From NCBI GenBank assembly GCA_963844715.1, contig CAWJPJ010000004.1, forward strand, positions 208,248 through 272,247: DNA of 64,000 nt. The letters are read 5' to 3'. Every line of letters begins with the position of its first letter. The stretch's first letter is position 1. The translations under genes and the position numbers were made by a program. This document shows positions 19,898 to 30,242 of this stretch, piece after piece. Under the pieces are notes generated by a model. The model worked only from the letters and a program-made list of their open reading frames with translations. It was not told where the DNA came from and did not search any database. The DNA comes from an uncultured Phycisphaerales bacterium (GTDB lineage: Bacteria > Planctomycetota > Phycisphaerae > Tepidisphaerales > Tepidisphaeraceae).

Positions 19898-21699
19898 TTA
19901 TTGGCCCATGGAGGGGGCGGTCTGGGGCTGCAGGGCGGCGGATAATTGGGCCATTCGGCCCTCGCAATGTGCCAAATACCGGCTGTATTCCACCCGTTCA
20001 TCTTGATTCATGTCGCCAGTCGGTTGGCCGGTGTTCGGGTCGCGATAAATGCGATCGGTGAGGCGGTTGGCGGCCATGCAAGTCGGTATCCAGGTGGAGG
20101 GGTCGGCCTGGTCGATGGTTGTGCGGGTTCGGGGTTTGCCGGTCGCGGGATCGATGGGAAATACCTTGGCGGCGATGCCATCCTCCGTGAAATATTTAAT
20201 CGTGATCAGCGCGAAACGATCGGCCGCGGCGGCGTAATGGTCCAGCGCCGACCGCATGAGCTTCTCTCGCTCGTCGCCGCTTGCGGTGACCGCCTCGAGG
20301 TAGTCGTGGTCGGCGAGCATGAACTGCTCCATGGCGATCGTGTCGTCAACGTGGGAGAAATAGGTGAAGGCCTGACCCGGATCGTTTTGAATGTGCCGCT
20401 TGAACTCCTCCCGGGCGTCGGCGAATACGCGCGCCGCGGTCGCGTAGCTATAAAGGGCGAGATTGTAGTCGTTCTGATCGACGACTTTGGCGTCGAAGCC
20501 GATGTGCGCGTCAGGAATCTCCAAATCCAGAGGGTCGACCATCGAACTGACTGATCCGCCGATCGACTCAATTTCGGCGCGGCGGCCGCGATCCCAGTCA
20601 TCCTGAGCCCACAGCTTGAGCATGATCCCCGGGCGGCTGTCGATCGCCATGTCGTTCTGCTGGAGCATGGTCTCCTTCCATACCTGAATGAGGAGCTGCG
20701 TGCGCTTGTAGTAGTTGTAGGCCAATGCGAATGTCGAAACGCCGTAGGGGAACGGCTGATATGGCGCGAGCAGTTGCAAAGGCGATCCGTCGTACCACGG
20801 CTGATCCGCGGCAAGTCCCTCGGGACGGGGATATCTTGGTTTGATGAGTTCGGGCAAGATAAAGCCGTTTTCGTCCAGGACCGGCGGCAGGCGCATGCGC
20901 CGCCAGGATCGATTGGCGGCCACGGCTTCTTCGGGAGTTGCGCGACGATCTTTGCGTCACCGCCCATGGCGGCCAGCACGCTCTGGGCGATCGGCTTCTC
21001 AAGCACGACGACGTAGGTCTGCGTTTTTGAATTCAAGCCAAGCGGGGATTCCTCGGAATCCCAACCCAGGGCGGGCGCCGCTGCGCGGAATTCGTCGACG
21101 CGCGACGCGGGGAATGAGAAGATATAGAGGGTCTGCGTTTCACGGCGAACCCGGTGGCGATAATACGGATATTCCTGGCTCGACCCGAGCTTGTCGCTGA
21201 AAACCTGTGCCAATTGGGAAAGGATGTTGCCGTCGTCGGGGCGCTCCTTGTCGACGCGTTGGCCGTAGTCGATGGCGTCGATGACGGCGGAATATTTATT
21301 CGCCAGGCTCGTCATCTTCACCGAGATGTTGTACGCCTTGTTCCAGATTTCGAATAAATGGACGGCGTCAAAATCAGGCTGGAGGAGGCGAATCCATTCG
21401 ATCTTGGTGTCAATGTCCTCGAGATTGTTCTGTTGTTTCTGGGTTTCGCTGCTGATCCAGAGGCTCATCACCAGGGGACCGCGCAGTCCCCCGAGGAGGA
21501 GAGCGGTGGCGAAGCTGGGCATGGAACTCAGCGATTCCTGGTTCGTGCCGCCGGCCATCGGCGCGTCGCTTGTGAAACGATAATTCACGACGCCCCACTG
21601 GGCCGCGGCGGCGGCGATCAGAAAAACGAGAAGCATGGCGACGGTGACCGGTCGTGCCGTTGCCCGGCGCGGACGCGTTTTCTCTTTTAATTCGGTCAT
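19898..21699 (-). CDS. Large helical/TPR-like membrane-anchored protein associated with ABC exporter (frameshift near 20920)
   Basis: LLLGGLRG..LW..I..LQPDF..WNKAYNISV motif, as I recall from PVC ABC-associated proteins; ORFs 20206-21699 and 19898-20923 join. Confidence 0.7.
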
Positions 21700-23918
21700 G
21701 GCGCCACCTCCTTGCGCTTGAGGATGAGGTAGCCCACGACGATCGCCGGCAATCCGAACCCGCCCATCATTGTCAGCGCCGCGAGCAATTCCCGAGAAGA
21801 GATCGAGACGCCGCTTTCGATATCGGTGATGGCGTCGAAGCTCCCTGTGTCGGGGAGGAACTGGGACATCGTGGTCATGGCGCGCGACAGGGCGTCAACA
21901 CCGGTGCTGACCACCTTGGCGACTGGAGCATCGTTGAACTTGAAATCGTTGACGATCTGCCGGCCCAGGCCCGGGCGCGTGACGTCCGCCATCTGATCGA
22001 ATCCCCATCGTCCGAGCAAAAGCACGACGGTGAGCACGATCGCGATCGGCCAGGAGAGGAATGTGCTGCAAAATATCGCCAGAGTCAGAACCAGGATGCT
22101 CATCATCCAGAGAATCGCCAGGCTTTTGATCAGGTTGACCTCAAAACTTTCGCGAGAGGCGACCAGGCTTAGCGATCGTTGCGGGAAGAGCCCGATTTCT
22201 TCGCCGGGAGATTGGCAGGAGATGATGACGTCAAAATCAGGTCCGGTGATGGCGTCGGCGGGGACTGTGAAAAATGTGACCAGATTGCTTTCGAGCTGGA
22301 TCGTCTGCGAGGTCGATTTTCCGCTGGTGAGATCACGAACGACCACCCCAACGGTGGTGGCGTCTTCGCGACCCGCGGAGACGCCGGCGTCCAGACGATC
22401 CACCTGTAGATTGACTTCGAACGGAATTTCCCCGCCGTAGAGGGTTGGGGACGGGGCGTTTCGGAAGCCAAATACGGCCACGCCCTCGGGTCCGGATTCA
22501 GTTCCGCGAATCTCTTCATCGCCTTGAATCCCCAGGCGGCCGCGGAAGACCACGGGCAAAATCTGGCCGTTGGGCCCGGTCGCGCGGGGCAGGGCCTGCG
22601 CCTCGGGCGGACCCATGGCGATCCTGCCGTTCACAGCCACCGGAACATACGCCTGCACCGGATCGGCGCCGACCAGATAGTCCACGTTGTCGCTGCCGCC
22701 GCTGACGCGGAGGAAGAACACATCACTGTTGAAAAGGCGCTGAGCGATCGTGGGCGGGATCCAAACGTAAGCGACCTGCTTCGTCGACCCATCGGGTTGG
22801 GCCTGGGGCTCGCTGAGCCGAAGGGCATTGGCCATCTGGTCCGGCGTGACCTTCCCGACCTTGGCGTAATCCGCGATCGCCTCGCGCAAATCAATCTCAT
22901 TCGGCTTGGCGATGAATTCCGCTCCGCTCGCCAGGCTGTATAGATCGCCGTTGAGCAATTCCATGCTGATGTAGGGGGGTTGATCGGGACGCACGTGGCC
23001 GTTCGTCAACCGCAGCGCGGGACCCATGATTCCCAGAGCGGTGGGCCGCGGCTGATCCGTCGCCGGGCCCGTGCGCTGGGTGTTCATTTCCACTTTCATC
23101 GCCAGCCCGATCGCGCCAACGCCCTGATGGGCCCATTCCTCGGGGTCCTCACTATCCGGCATAGGGCCGAAGAGTTGATTGCGATCGACCCCAAATCCGG
23201 CGGCGAATTCCTCCGTCCCCTGGCCGCTCATCACGCGGATCGGACTGTTGGGGTCCGGGACGCGCGCGTAAATCTGAAGGCCGGTCGGAGCGACGAGGTT
23301 ACGCGCGGTGAGCATTCCGGAATCAAGATAGTGGGCTAGCCGCGCATGTTCGGTCTCTCCGACGTCACCCTGTTGGAGGCGGCTTTCAACCTCGCCGCGT
23401 TTTTCATATTCGCGCAAACGCAGATATCCCCAGGTGAAGAGTCCCATGATGATGAGCACGGCCAGGGAGACGCGCGAGAAGCCGATCACTTTGCCGACAA
23501 TCAACTCAAGCCGCGTCGCGGGCTTGGTCACTACGGTGTAAATCACGCGGCTCTCGATCTCCTTGGGGAGATTCGTCGCGGCGAGAATGATCGAGACGAG
23601 AACGACGACCATTCCGGTGCCGAAGAGGCAGACCTTCAGCACCTGCCGCAGGGCGTCCTGCTCATCGACCGCCTTTTGGAATTGGGTAACGAGAATGATG
23701 CCGACGATTGCAAGCGGGGTGACCCAGAGGACGCGGCGGCGGATGGAATCGTCAAAGCATACGCCGGAGATCGCCCAGGCCCGGGTGAGGCTGAATCGTC
23801 CCAAATCGCCGAGGCCGAATACGAGCATTCCCCCGCCGACAATAAGGGCGAAAGCAATCCATTCCCAGTGGCTCCAAATATCGGCCAGGGGATAGAAGAT
23901 GGCAAAAGAGGCGGCCAA
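21696..23918 (-). CDS. ABC-2 type permease with large extracytoplasmic insert
   Basis: LPKEIESRVIYTVVTKPATRLELIVGKVIG; C-terminal STFLSWPIA..LKRKEVAP. Confidence 0.85.
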   Translation of the reverse strand: MAASFAIFYPLADIWSHWEWIAFALIVGGGMLVFGLGDLGRFSLTRAWAISGVCFDDSIRRRVLWVTPLAIVGIILVTQFQKAVDEQDALRQVLKVCLFGTGMVVVLVSIILAATNLPKEIESRVIYTVVTKPATRLELIVGKVIGFSRVSLAVLIIMGLFTWGYLRLREYEKRGEVESRLQQGDVGETEHARLAHYLDSGMLTARNLVAPTGLQIYARVPDPNSPIRVMSGQGTEEFAAGFGVDRNQLFGPMPDSEDPEEWAHQGVGAIGLAMKVEMNTQRTGPATDQPRPTALGIMGPALRLTNGHVRPDQPPYISMELLNGDLYSLASGAEFIAKPNEIDLREAIADYAKVGKVTPDQMANALRLSEPQAQPDGSTKQVAYVWIPPTIAQRLFNSDVFFLRVSGGSDNVDYLVGADPVQAYVPVAVNGRIAMGPPEAQALPRATGPNGQILPVVFRGRLGIQGDEEIRGTESGPEGVAVFGFRNAPSPTLYGGEIPFEVNLQVDRLDAGVSAGREDATTVGVVVRDLTSGKSTSQTIQLESNLVTFFTVPADAITGPDFDVIISCQSPGEEIGLFPQRSLSLVASRESFEVNLIKSLAILWMMSILVLTLAIFCSTFLSWPIAIVLTVVLLLGRWGFDQMADVTRPGLGRQIVNDFKFNDAPVAKVVSTGVDALSRAMTTMSQFLPDTGSFDAITDIESGVSISSRELLAALTMMGGFGLPAIVVGYLILKRKEVAP

Positions 23919-23946
23919 GAGTGCTTCTCCGCAAATGCGATGTCGA

Positions 23947-24861
23947 TCAGCCGGACCCGACGGAAGTCTGTCCCGCCTCGGTGTTTTGACGAACCACGCG
24001 GACGAACAAATCTTCCAGCGTCGTGGTGGGATGGCTGATTACCGTGTCGCTGACCCCGATTTGCGACAGGAATGCCTTGGTTTTCTCGATCTGCTCGTCG
24101 GTCATGCCGCGAGTCTGTATTTGTGTTACGTCGCGGACTTGCAAAAGATCGCGCACCTGCCCGAGGGTCTGCATGCGCCCGCGGAAAAGAATCGTGATGC
24201 GGTCGCAGACGTCCTGCACGTCGGCCAGAAGATGGCTGCAGAGCAGCACGGTCTTTCCCTGTTGCTTCAGCGAAAGAATCAAATCCTTCATCTCCCGTGT
24301 TCCGATCGGGTCCAGGCCGGTGGTCGGCTCGTCGAGGAGAATGACTTCGGGATTGTTGATCAGGGCCTGCGCGAGGCCGATGCGGCGGGCCATCCCCTTG
24401 GAATATTCGCGCAATTTGCGTTTGCGGCTTTTGGCATCGAGCCCGACGGTATCCAGCAGGGCCGGCACGCGGCGTTTCAGCTCCCGGCGCGGAATGCGAA
24501 AGAGGCGGCCATAGAACCAAAGCGTCTCCTCGCCGTTGAGGAAACGGTAGAGATATGATTCTTCGGGCAAAAACCCGATTCGTTCGTTGATGACCGTGTT
24601 CCCCGCGGGTTGTCCGAGGACCTTGGCGGTTCCAAAGGTCGGGAATATCAGCCCCAGGAGCAGTTTGATCGTGGTGCTTTTGCCCGAGCCGTTTGGGCCA
24701 AGAAGGCCGAACACCTCGCCGCGATGAATGGATAGATTGAGATCGTCCAGGGCGCGGACCTTATCGCGGCCCCAGAAATCCCGGTAGACCTTGGTCAGAT
24801 GCTCGGTTTGAATGGCTTCGTCGTTGGCTGCGCTCATTGGAATCGGGGTGGGACCGGTCAA
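23947..24861 (-). CDS. ABC transporter ATP-binding protein
   Basis: GPNGSGKST, YSKGMARRIG, LLDEPT. Confidence 0.95.
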   Translation of the reverse strand: MTGPTPIPMSAANDEAIQTEHLTKVYRDFWGRDKVRALDDLNLSIHRGEVFGLLGPNGSGKSTTIKLLLGLIFPTFGTAKVLGQPAGNTVINERIGFLPEESYLYRFLNGEETLWFYGRLFRIPRRELKRRVPALLDTVGLDAKSRKRKLREYSKGMARRIGLAQALINNPEVILLDEPTTGLDPIGTREMKDLILSLKQQGKTVLLCSHLLADVQDVCDRITILFRGRMQTLGQVRDLLQVRDVTQIQTRGMTDEQIEKTKAFLSQIGVSDTVISHPTTTLEDLFVRVVRQNTEAGQTSVGSG

Positions 24862-24924
24862 TCTCCGGCGTAAATAAAACGCGCCCCGGGTTCGAAAAGT
24901 TGCTGTGCGGCGGTCCTCGGAGGG

Positions 24925-25119
24925 TTATGCTCCGCCGTTGCGACGGCCCATGATCGGCTTGCGGCTGGTGCGTTGCCGGCGGCGCCTCTTCTCGCTGGGC
25001 TTCTCGTAATACGCCACCCGTTTAATGTCCTTGGTCAAACCCTCTTTTTCGCACATCTTCTTGAAACGCCGCAACATCTGTTCCGCCGTTTCGTTGCCGC
25101 GCGACTTCACCTTGATCAT
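24925..25119 (-). CDS. rpsU: 30S ribosomal protein S21
   Basis: ETAEQMLRRFKKMCEKEGL..YYEKPSEKRRR; GGAAAGGA RBS. Confidence 0.95.
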   Translation of the reverse strand: MIKVKSRGNETAEQMLRRFKKMCEKEGLTKDIKRVAYYEKPSEKRRRRQRTSRKPIMGRRNGGA

Positions 25120-25210
25120 CTAAACACATTCCTTTCCGAACCGTGTAAAGGTAGTCTACCCATGGGAACCGATTGTTCAACCTTGGCGCCGTTTGCACTG
25201 ACGGAACCCC

Positions 25211-25488
25211 AGAGCGTCACCCAATTGATAATAGCGTCTGCGTTGCGTCCAAACGGGCCGGGGCGCTAGGCAGAGCGACGAGTTGGGTCAGGTGAAGCGA
25301 CCCGGCGAGGAGCGATAACGACGCGAACGGCCCGTTTGGACGCAACCCTTCGGGTCGCCGCCTTTTGCGGCCCATGCGTCGTTACGGCTCCTCGCCGTAT
25401 CCTTATACTTGATACGACTCGTCGCCGTGCCTAGCGTGTGCCGCAAAAGGCGGCGACGCAGACGCTATTATCAATTGGGTAACGCTCT
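25211..25488. repeat. 278-bp highly structured MITE-like element / candidate structured RNA
   Basis: 33-bp terminal inverted repeat (32/33), internal 19-bp and 18-bp perfect inverted repeats, cross-pairing 20/22-nt segments, central cUUCGg hairpin. Confidence 0.85.
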
Positions 25489-25490
25489 AT

Positions 25491-25889
25491 ATGGCCCTGT
25501 CACAGACTATTATGCTCCGTGTCCGGTACAGCGAAGTAGACGCCATGGGATATTTGCATCACAGCCGATACTTGCAGTATTTCGAATTGGGGCGGATCGA
25601 ATTACTGCGAGCCATCGGATTCAGCTACGCCGATCTGGAGCGGCAGGGGATCTATTTCGTCGTCGCCAAGGCGGAGGTTCGCTACAAGGCCCCGGCCCGT
25701 TTTGACGAGGAATTGAGTCTTACAACCCGCCTGGCCCGGCAGACCCCTGTCCGCTATGAGCATGCATATGAACTGCGCCGGGGGGAGACGCTCCTGGCCG
25801 AGGGGAGCACCACGATCGCATGCGTGGGGAGAGATGGGCAGCTCCAGCCGATTCCGGAAATGATCGTTGCCGCGACGCCGAAGGAATGA
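25491..25889 (+). CDS. Acyl-CoA thioesterase (YbgC/4HBT hotdog family)
   Basis: RVRYSEVDAMGYLHHSRYLQYFELGR, YKAPARFDE. Confidence 0.93.
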   Translation: MALSQTIMLRVRYSEVDAMGYLHHSRYLQYFELGRIELLRAIGFSYADLERQGIYFVVAKAEVRYKAPARFDEELSLTTRLARQTPVRYEHAYELRRGETLLAEGSTTIACVGRDGQLQPIPEMIVAATPKE

Positions 25890-25895
25890 TCTTCC

Positions 25896-26252
25896 TCAGC
25901 TTACTTTCGATCCCGCGGCGACGAGTTCGGAAGGCGTAACGACGATCACGCGGCCGGTGGTCGCGTCGGTGGCGGCCAGGAGCATTCCCTGGCTGATCTC
26001 CCCGCGCATTTGGCGTGGTTCGAGATTGGCGACGACCACAATTTGTTTTCCGACAAGCGATTGGGGATCGGCGACATGCTGCCGAAGACCCGCGCAAATC
26101 TGCCGTTTTTCACCGCCTAAGTCGATCTGCAAAACCAGGAGTTTATCGGCGTTGGCGTGCGGCTTGCAGTCGAGAACCGTAGCCACGCGCAACTCAAGTT
26201 TGGCGAAATCGTCATAGGCAATCGACGGTTGACCCGGCGCTGGGGTGTCCAT
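25896..26252 (-). CDS. Stand-alone tRNA-binding OB-fold protein (MetG C-terminal/Trbp111-like)
   Basis: YDDFAKLELRVATV..HANADKLL..RQICAG..VVANLEPRQMRGEISQGMLLAA. Confidence 0.92.
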   Translation of the reverse strand: MDTPAPGQPSIAYDDFAKLELRVATVLDCKPHANADKLLVLQIDLGGEKRQICAGLRQHVADPQSLVGKQIVVVANLEPRQMRGEISQGMLLAATDATTGRVIVVTPSELVAAGSKVS

Positions 26253-26271
26253 TTTCAGCCCTCTTAATGAA

Positions 26272-26299
26272 GTGAACCCGGGCGGCAACCCGGGTTCAC
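26272..26299. terminator. Strong hairpin between DUF2617 and tRNA-binding genes
   Basis: GTGAACCCGGG-CGGCAA-CCCGGGTTCAC; no clear U-tract. Confidence 0.5.
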
Positions 26300-26323
26300 A
26301 ACTGGTCTGTTCGTTCGCCCGAT

Positions 26324-26878
26324 TCAGGCAGTCTTGATCACTTCGATGATCGCCTGGGTCTTAATGACCATCTGGTTTTCATCGAAAAGATGGAAGCTCT
26401 GAACCAGCAGTTCGTGGCTGCGGCGTTCGATATCGAGAACGCTGAGCGAGCCGCCGGCTTCGCCTGTACCGGGAAGATCCGCGGTCATCAGTTCGCGCTT
26501 GTTCGCATAGGTCGCGATTTCGTGTTTCGTCGCGTCGTAAAGCGTTTGGGTCAGCTGCTCTTCCTGCGTGCTGATCATGTAGCGGATGGTGCCGCCGTAG
26601 ACGTCTTCATGGTATTTCTCGCCCCGGCAGGGGGTCGAGAGAAGCAGGCCACGGTCCGTGATCGGCTCATTCCGGGTGGCAATCACCTCGGTGAGGGTGT
26701 TTTTGCCGGCGGTAAAGCTGATGACGTGCCCGCCCTCGACGAGCCAGATGTCGGCTTCATAGGCGCGGCGGCTCACCTGCTCGGAGGCCAGGATACGAAA
26801 GAGCTCCGGATGCAAGGTTCGCTGGTATAGAAGGAGGGTTAGCCCCCCCGTTCGACGCTGTTTTGTTCGGTTGCTCAT
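26324..26878 (-). CDS. DUF2617-family protein
   Basis: LYQRTLHPELF, YEADIWLVEGGHVI, VQSFHLFDENQMVIKTQ. Confidence 0.7.
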   Translation of the reverse strand: MSNRTKQRRTGGLTLLLYQRTLHPELFRILASEQVSRRAYEADIWLVEGGHVISFTAGKNTLTEVIATRNEPITDRGLLLSTPCRGEKYHEDVYGGTIRYMISTQEEQLTQTLYDATKHEIATYANKRELMTADLPGTGEAGGSLSVLDIERRSHELLVQSFHLFDENQMVIKTQAIIEVIKTA

Positions 26879-27119
26879 AGCTTCCATGCTCTTTCTAGAA
26901 GGGAACTCCCTTCGCAAAAGCGACACCTGGGTCTGCCCATCGTGTCATTCTATGCCTGCGGAAGAAATGCTCGGCGGAGGGCCTGAACTTCGGAAACACA
27001 CCCCGCATCCATGCAAAGCGTCTCCGATCCGCAACTGTGACGATCCTGTCCACAACGGAAGGACCAATGTCTAATCATTATAGATATTTTGGGTCAAAAA
27101 GTAACAAAATAATCGACTG

Positions 27120-27910
27120 TTAATGCATCGTTAACGCCTGAAGCGCCACGATCATTATGTCGTAAGAGATGTGACATCCTGCGGTTATGCCAAAACCCCG
27201 GGTTAAAAATAGCCCGGCAAAATAAATTCCCGCGATGGTTCTAAAGGCAAAACTCTGCCATTGGAAGGTCTCATGGCCCAAGTAATGGTAGAGGGAAAAC
27301 AATATGGCAGAGATCGATACCATTAGCAGGTTCGCCCAGAGCTTTGGAAGGCCCAGCATATCGCTCAGGAGGAGCATCAGGAGGGTCATCAGAATCAGGC
27401 GAAAGACCAGTTCCTCGTAAATTCCGGCCCCTAAAGACAATATGGTCTCATCCCGCCAGGAAGTAGCCGGGCCCCAGAGGGGGACATGGATGTTCCAGCG
27501 GGCGGAGGAAATTCCTAGTGCAAGAAGCGGGATTGCCAGGGTCAGGCTTTCCATCGCCATGCCCCAGACAGTTTCGAGCTTGATCGTCCAAGGGTCCCGC
27601 CGGGCGAGGTGCCAACTGACGAGGATCGTGATCAGGGCAAAAGCGGGGATTAACCGGCCGCTGGCGCCAAGTTGAGTAAAGAAGACTTGAAGGAGGCGGA
27701 AGGCGATGGGGTCGGAGGGGTGAAAATAGGTGCCGACCTCGAAGATGAAGAGCAACGGGAGCAGGAACACCAGGCTGTGCAGGGGCAATTCGGATTGCGC
27801 AGATAGGTATTGGTCGCCTTGGAGATTTTCGAACTTTTAGCAGCCTTGGCGGATTTGCCGGTCTTTGCGGAGGCACCGCCGGCGGGACGCGTGGCGACGG
27901 CGCGGCTCAT
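27120..27910 (-). CDS. CPBP (Abi/Rce1) intramembrane glutamic metalloprotease (frameshift near 27790)
   Basis: AGIYEELVFR, FSLYHY, AGCHISYD; N-terminus in frame 27650-27910 overlaps the fliM stop. Confidence 0.88.
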
Positions 27911-28947
27911 CGCTTGTCACCGCCGGGCTTCTTGTCGGCCAGGAAATCTAGCGATTGCGGAATCACGCGCGTGATGCGAACGGAGCGGCTGCCTTTGAAC
28001 TGCCCAACCTGAGCCAGGAATTTACTCTTGCCCTCGACTTGAATGAGCACGTCCTTGTCGGATTCCTTGTCGGTGGTGATCACGTCTCCCACTTCCATTG
28101 AGAGCAGATCATCCAGCCGTATCGTAGTCTGGGCCAGGAACGCGCGCATCTGCACGGGGGCGGCCGTGACGTTCTTGGTCAGTTTGCGGAGATGGTCTTC
28201 CTGCGCCCCTTTTCGCTGGTAACTGAACCAGTTTTGAGCAGCCAGCATGCCCATGATCGGCTCGATGACGTTGTACGGGATGCACAGGCTCATCGTGCCG
28301 GCGCGATTGCCCATCTTCAATTCGAAGCCGACAACGACGACCGTTTCGTTCGGCGGCACGATCTGCACCAATTGCGGATTGCTCTCAAAATCCTCGACCC
28401 GGAACGTGACCGGCGTGAGGTTGCTCCAGGCTTCGGAGAGATGATGCGTGGCGCGGTCGGTGATGCGCTGCACCAGGCGCTGCTCGATCTGAGTCAGCGG
28501 GCGCTGGGGAATGAAGAGTTCGGCGTTGCTGCCGCCGAGGAGGCGGTCAACGATGGGGTAGATGATCAGCGGGCTGATCTCGAGGCAGAGCTGGCCATCA
28601 AGCTGCTCGGCTTTGAGAAGGTTGAAGCAGGTCGGGTTGGGGAGGGAGTGAATGAATTCGCTGTAGGTGAGCTGCTCGATGTGAGCGACATTCACTTCAA
28701 TGATGGTTCGCAGATAGCCTGAGATGGCGGCCCCGAAATTTCTGCCGAAGCCTTCGTGGAGGCCTTCGAGGGCGCGCATCTGGTCTTTGCTGACGCGTTC
28801 GGGGCGTTTGAAATCGTAGACCTGGACGTCGACCTGGAGTTTGCCGTGCGAGCTGTAGACGGTGGGGGTGGCTTCGCGCTGCACGGCGCCGCCGTCAACG
28901 GCAGCCAGGAGTGCGTCCACCTCGGATTGATCCAATACATCTGCCAA
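27907..28947 (-). CDS. fliM: Flagellar motor switch protein FliM
   Basis: MADVLDQSEVDALL, YDFKRPERVSKDQMRAL, DRLLGG, ESNPQLVQIV, SpoA C-terminus. Confidence 0.97.
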   Translation of the reverse strand: MADVLDQSEVDALLAAVDGGAVQREATPTVYSSHGKLQVDVQVYDFKRPERVSKDQMRALEGLHEGFGRNFGAAISGYLRTIIEVNVAHIEQLTYSEFIHSLPNPTCFNLLKAEQLDGQLCLEISPLIIYPIVDRLLGGSNAELFIPQRPLTQIEQRLVQRITDRATHHLSEAWSNLTPVTFRVEDFESNPQLVQIVPPNETVVVVGFELKMGNRAGTMSLCIPYNVIEPIMGMLAAQNWFSYQRKGAQEDHLRKLTKNVTAAPVQMRAFLAQTTIRLDDLLSMEVGDVITTDKESDKDVLIQVEGKSKFLAQVGQFKGSRSVRITRVIPQSLDFLADKKPGGDKR

Positions 28948-28986
28948 AGCGCACCGGCCTCCGTGCCCAAAAAGTGCTGTAATACA

Positions 28987-29013
28987 TTATCGGACAATCG
29001 GGCCAAAATTCTA
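28987..29013 (-). promoter_or_regulatory. Putative sigma28 (FliA) promoter of fliM
   Basis: Minus strand TAGA-N15-TCCGATAA versus consensus TAAA-N15-GCCGATAA. Confidence 0.55.
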
Positions 29014-29027
29014 TATGCTTGCCCCTT

Positions 29028-30136
29028 ATGGCTGGAAAACTGCGAGTTGGCGTGATCGGGTGCGGGAAGATCAGCGATCTTTACCTACGGACGGCCCAAA
29101 AGTTCCCCATTCTGGATATCACCGCCTGCGCGGACCTGAACCGCCAGGCGGCGGCGGATCGCGGGCGGGAGTTTCGGATTCGCAAAATCCTGACCACCGA
29201 GCAGCTTTTGGGCGATCCGGAGATCGATATCGTCCTGAATCTGACGATTCCGAAGGCGCACGCCCAGATTACGCTGGCGGCCCTGAACGCGGGCAAACAT
29301 GTTTATACGGAAAAGCCGCTGGGTGTGACCCGGGTGGAGGGGGCGGCGATTCTGGAAGCGGCGGCGAAGAATAAAAAGCTGATCTGCGGCGCACGGATAC
29401 ATTTTTAGGATCCGGCCAGCAGACGGCCCGGCAGGCGATCGACGCCGGGGCAGTCGGCCGCCCGGTGGCGTTCACGGCGTTCATGATGTGTCCGGGGCAT
29501 GAATCGTGGCATCCGAATCCGGAGTTCTATTATCAAGCGGGCGGGGGACCGATGCTGGACATGGGGCCTTATTATTTGACGGCGCTGCTCAACTTGCTGG
29601 GGCCGGTGAAACGACTGTGTGCCCTGGCCGATATCGCGATTCCCAGTCGGACGATCAGGAGCGAGCCGAAGCGCGGGCAGAAAATAAAGGTCCAGACGCC
29701 GGACCACATCGTGGGGTCGATGGAATTTGAGCAGGGGGCGATTGGGACGATCGTCACTTCGTTCGCGACGCATTTTCCCCAGCACAGCACGGAACATCCG
29801 ATCACGATCTTTGGGAACGAGGGGACGCTGCTTGTCCCCGATCCGAATCATTTTGATGGAACCGTCTTTCTGCGGACGCTGGTGGATCGGAAGTTCAAGA
29901 GGGTGAAGCCGATCTGGAAGCATAAATACGAGCGCTCGGCGGGTTTGGCGGAGATGGCGCAAGCGATTCAATCCCAACGCCCGCCGCGCTGCGGCGGGGA
30001 GCAGCTCTTCGCGGTGCTTGATCTGATGGTCGGGTTTTTGGATTCGGCGCGGGAGGGGCGGGAGTATCGGGTGACGACCCCGTGCCAGCGGCCGCGGGCT
30101 TTGCGGCGGGGGGTGGGGTTTGGGGAGTTTGAGTGA
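29028..30136 (+). CDS. Gfo/Idh/MocA oxidoreductase (frameshift near 29390)
   Basis: VGVIGCGKIS, KHVYTEKP, GHESWHPNPEFYY..GGGPMLDMGPYY. Confidence 0.93.
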
Positions 30137-30147
30137 GGGGAGGGGGT

Positions 30148-30201
30148 AATGACGAATGACGAATGATAAATGACGAATCAATGGTTCAATGATGGAGAAT
30201 G
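30148..30201. repeat. Heptamer (GAATGAC) repeat, left half only
   Basis: AATGACGAATGACGAATGATAAATGACGAATCAATG matches the 17218 copy. Confidence 0.75.
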
Positions 30202-30242
30202 GCGGAAGGGGTGCGGGTGGGTTCGTTTAGTTGTTGTGGGGC

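Noticed and set aside
26880..27082. Riboswitch in the roughly 190-nt leader of the DUF2617 gene (TATAAT at 27077-27082, minus strand)
   Set aside because: A long leader is plausible, but I could not recognise an aptamer consensus or a terminator.
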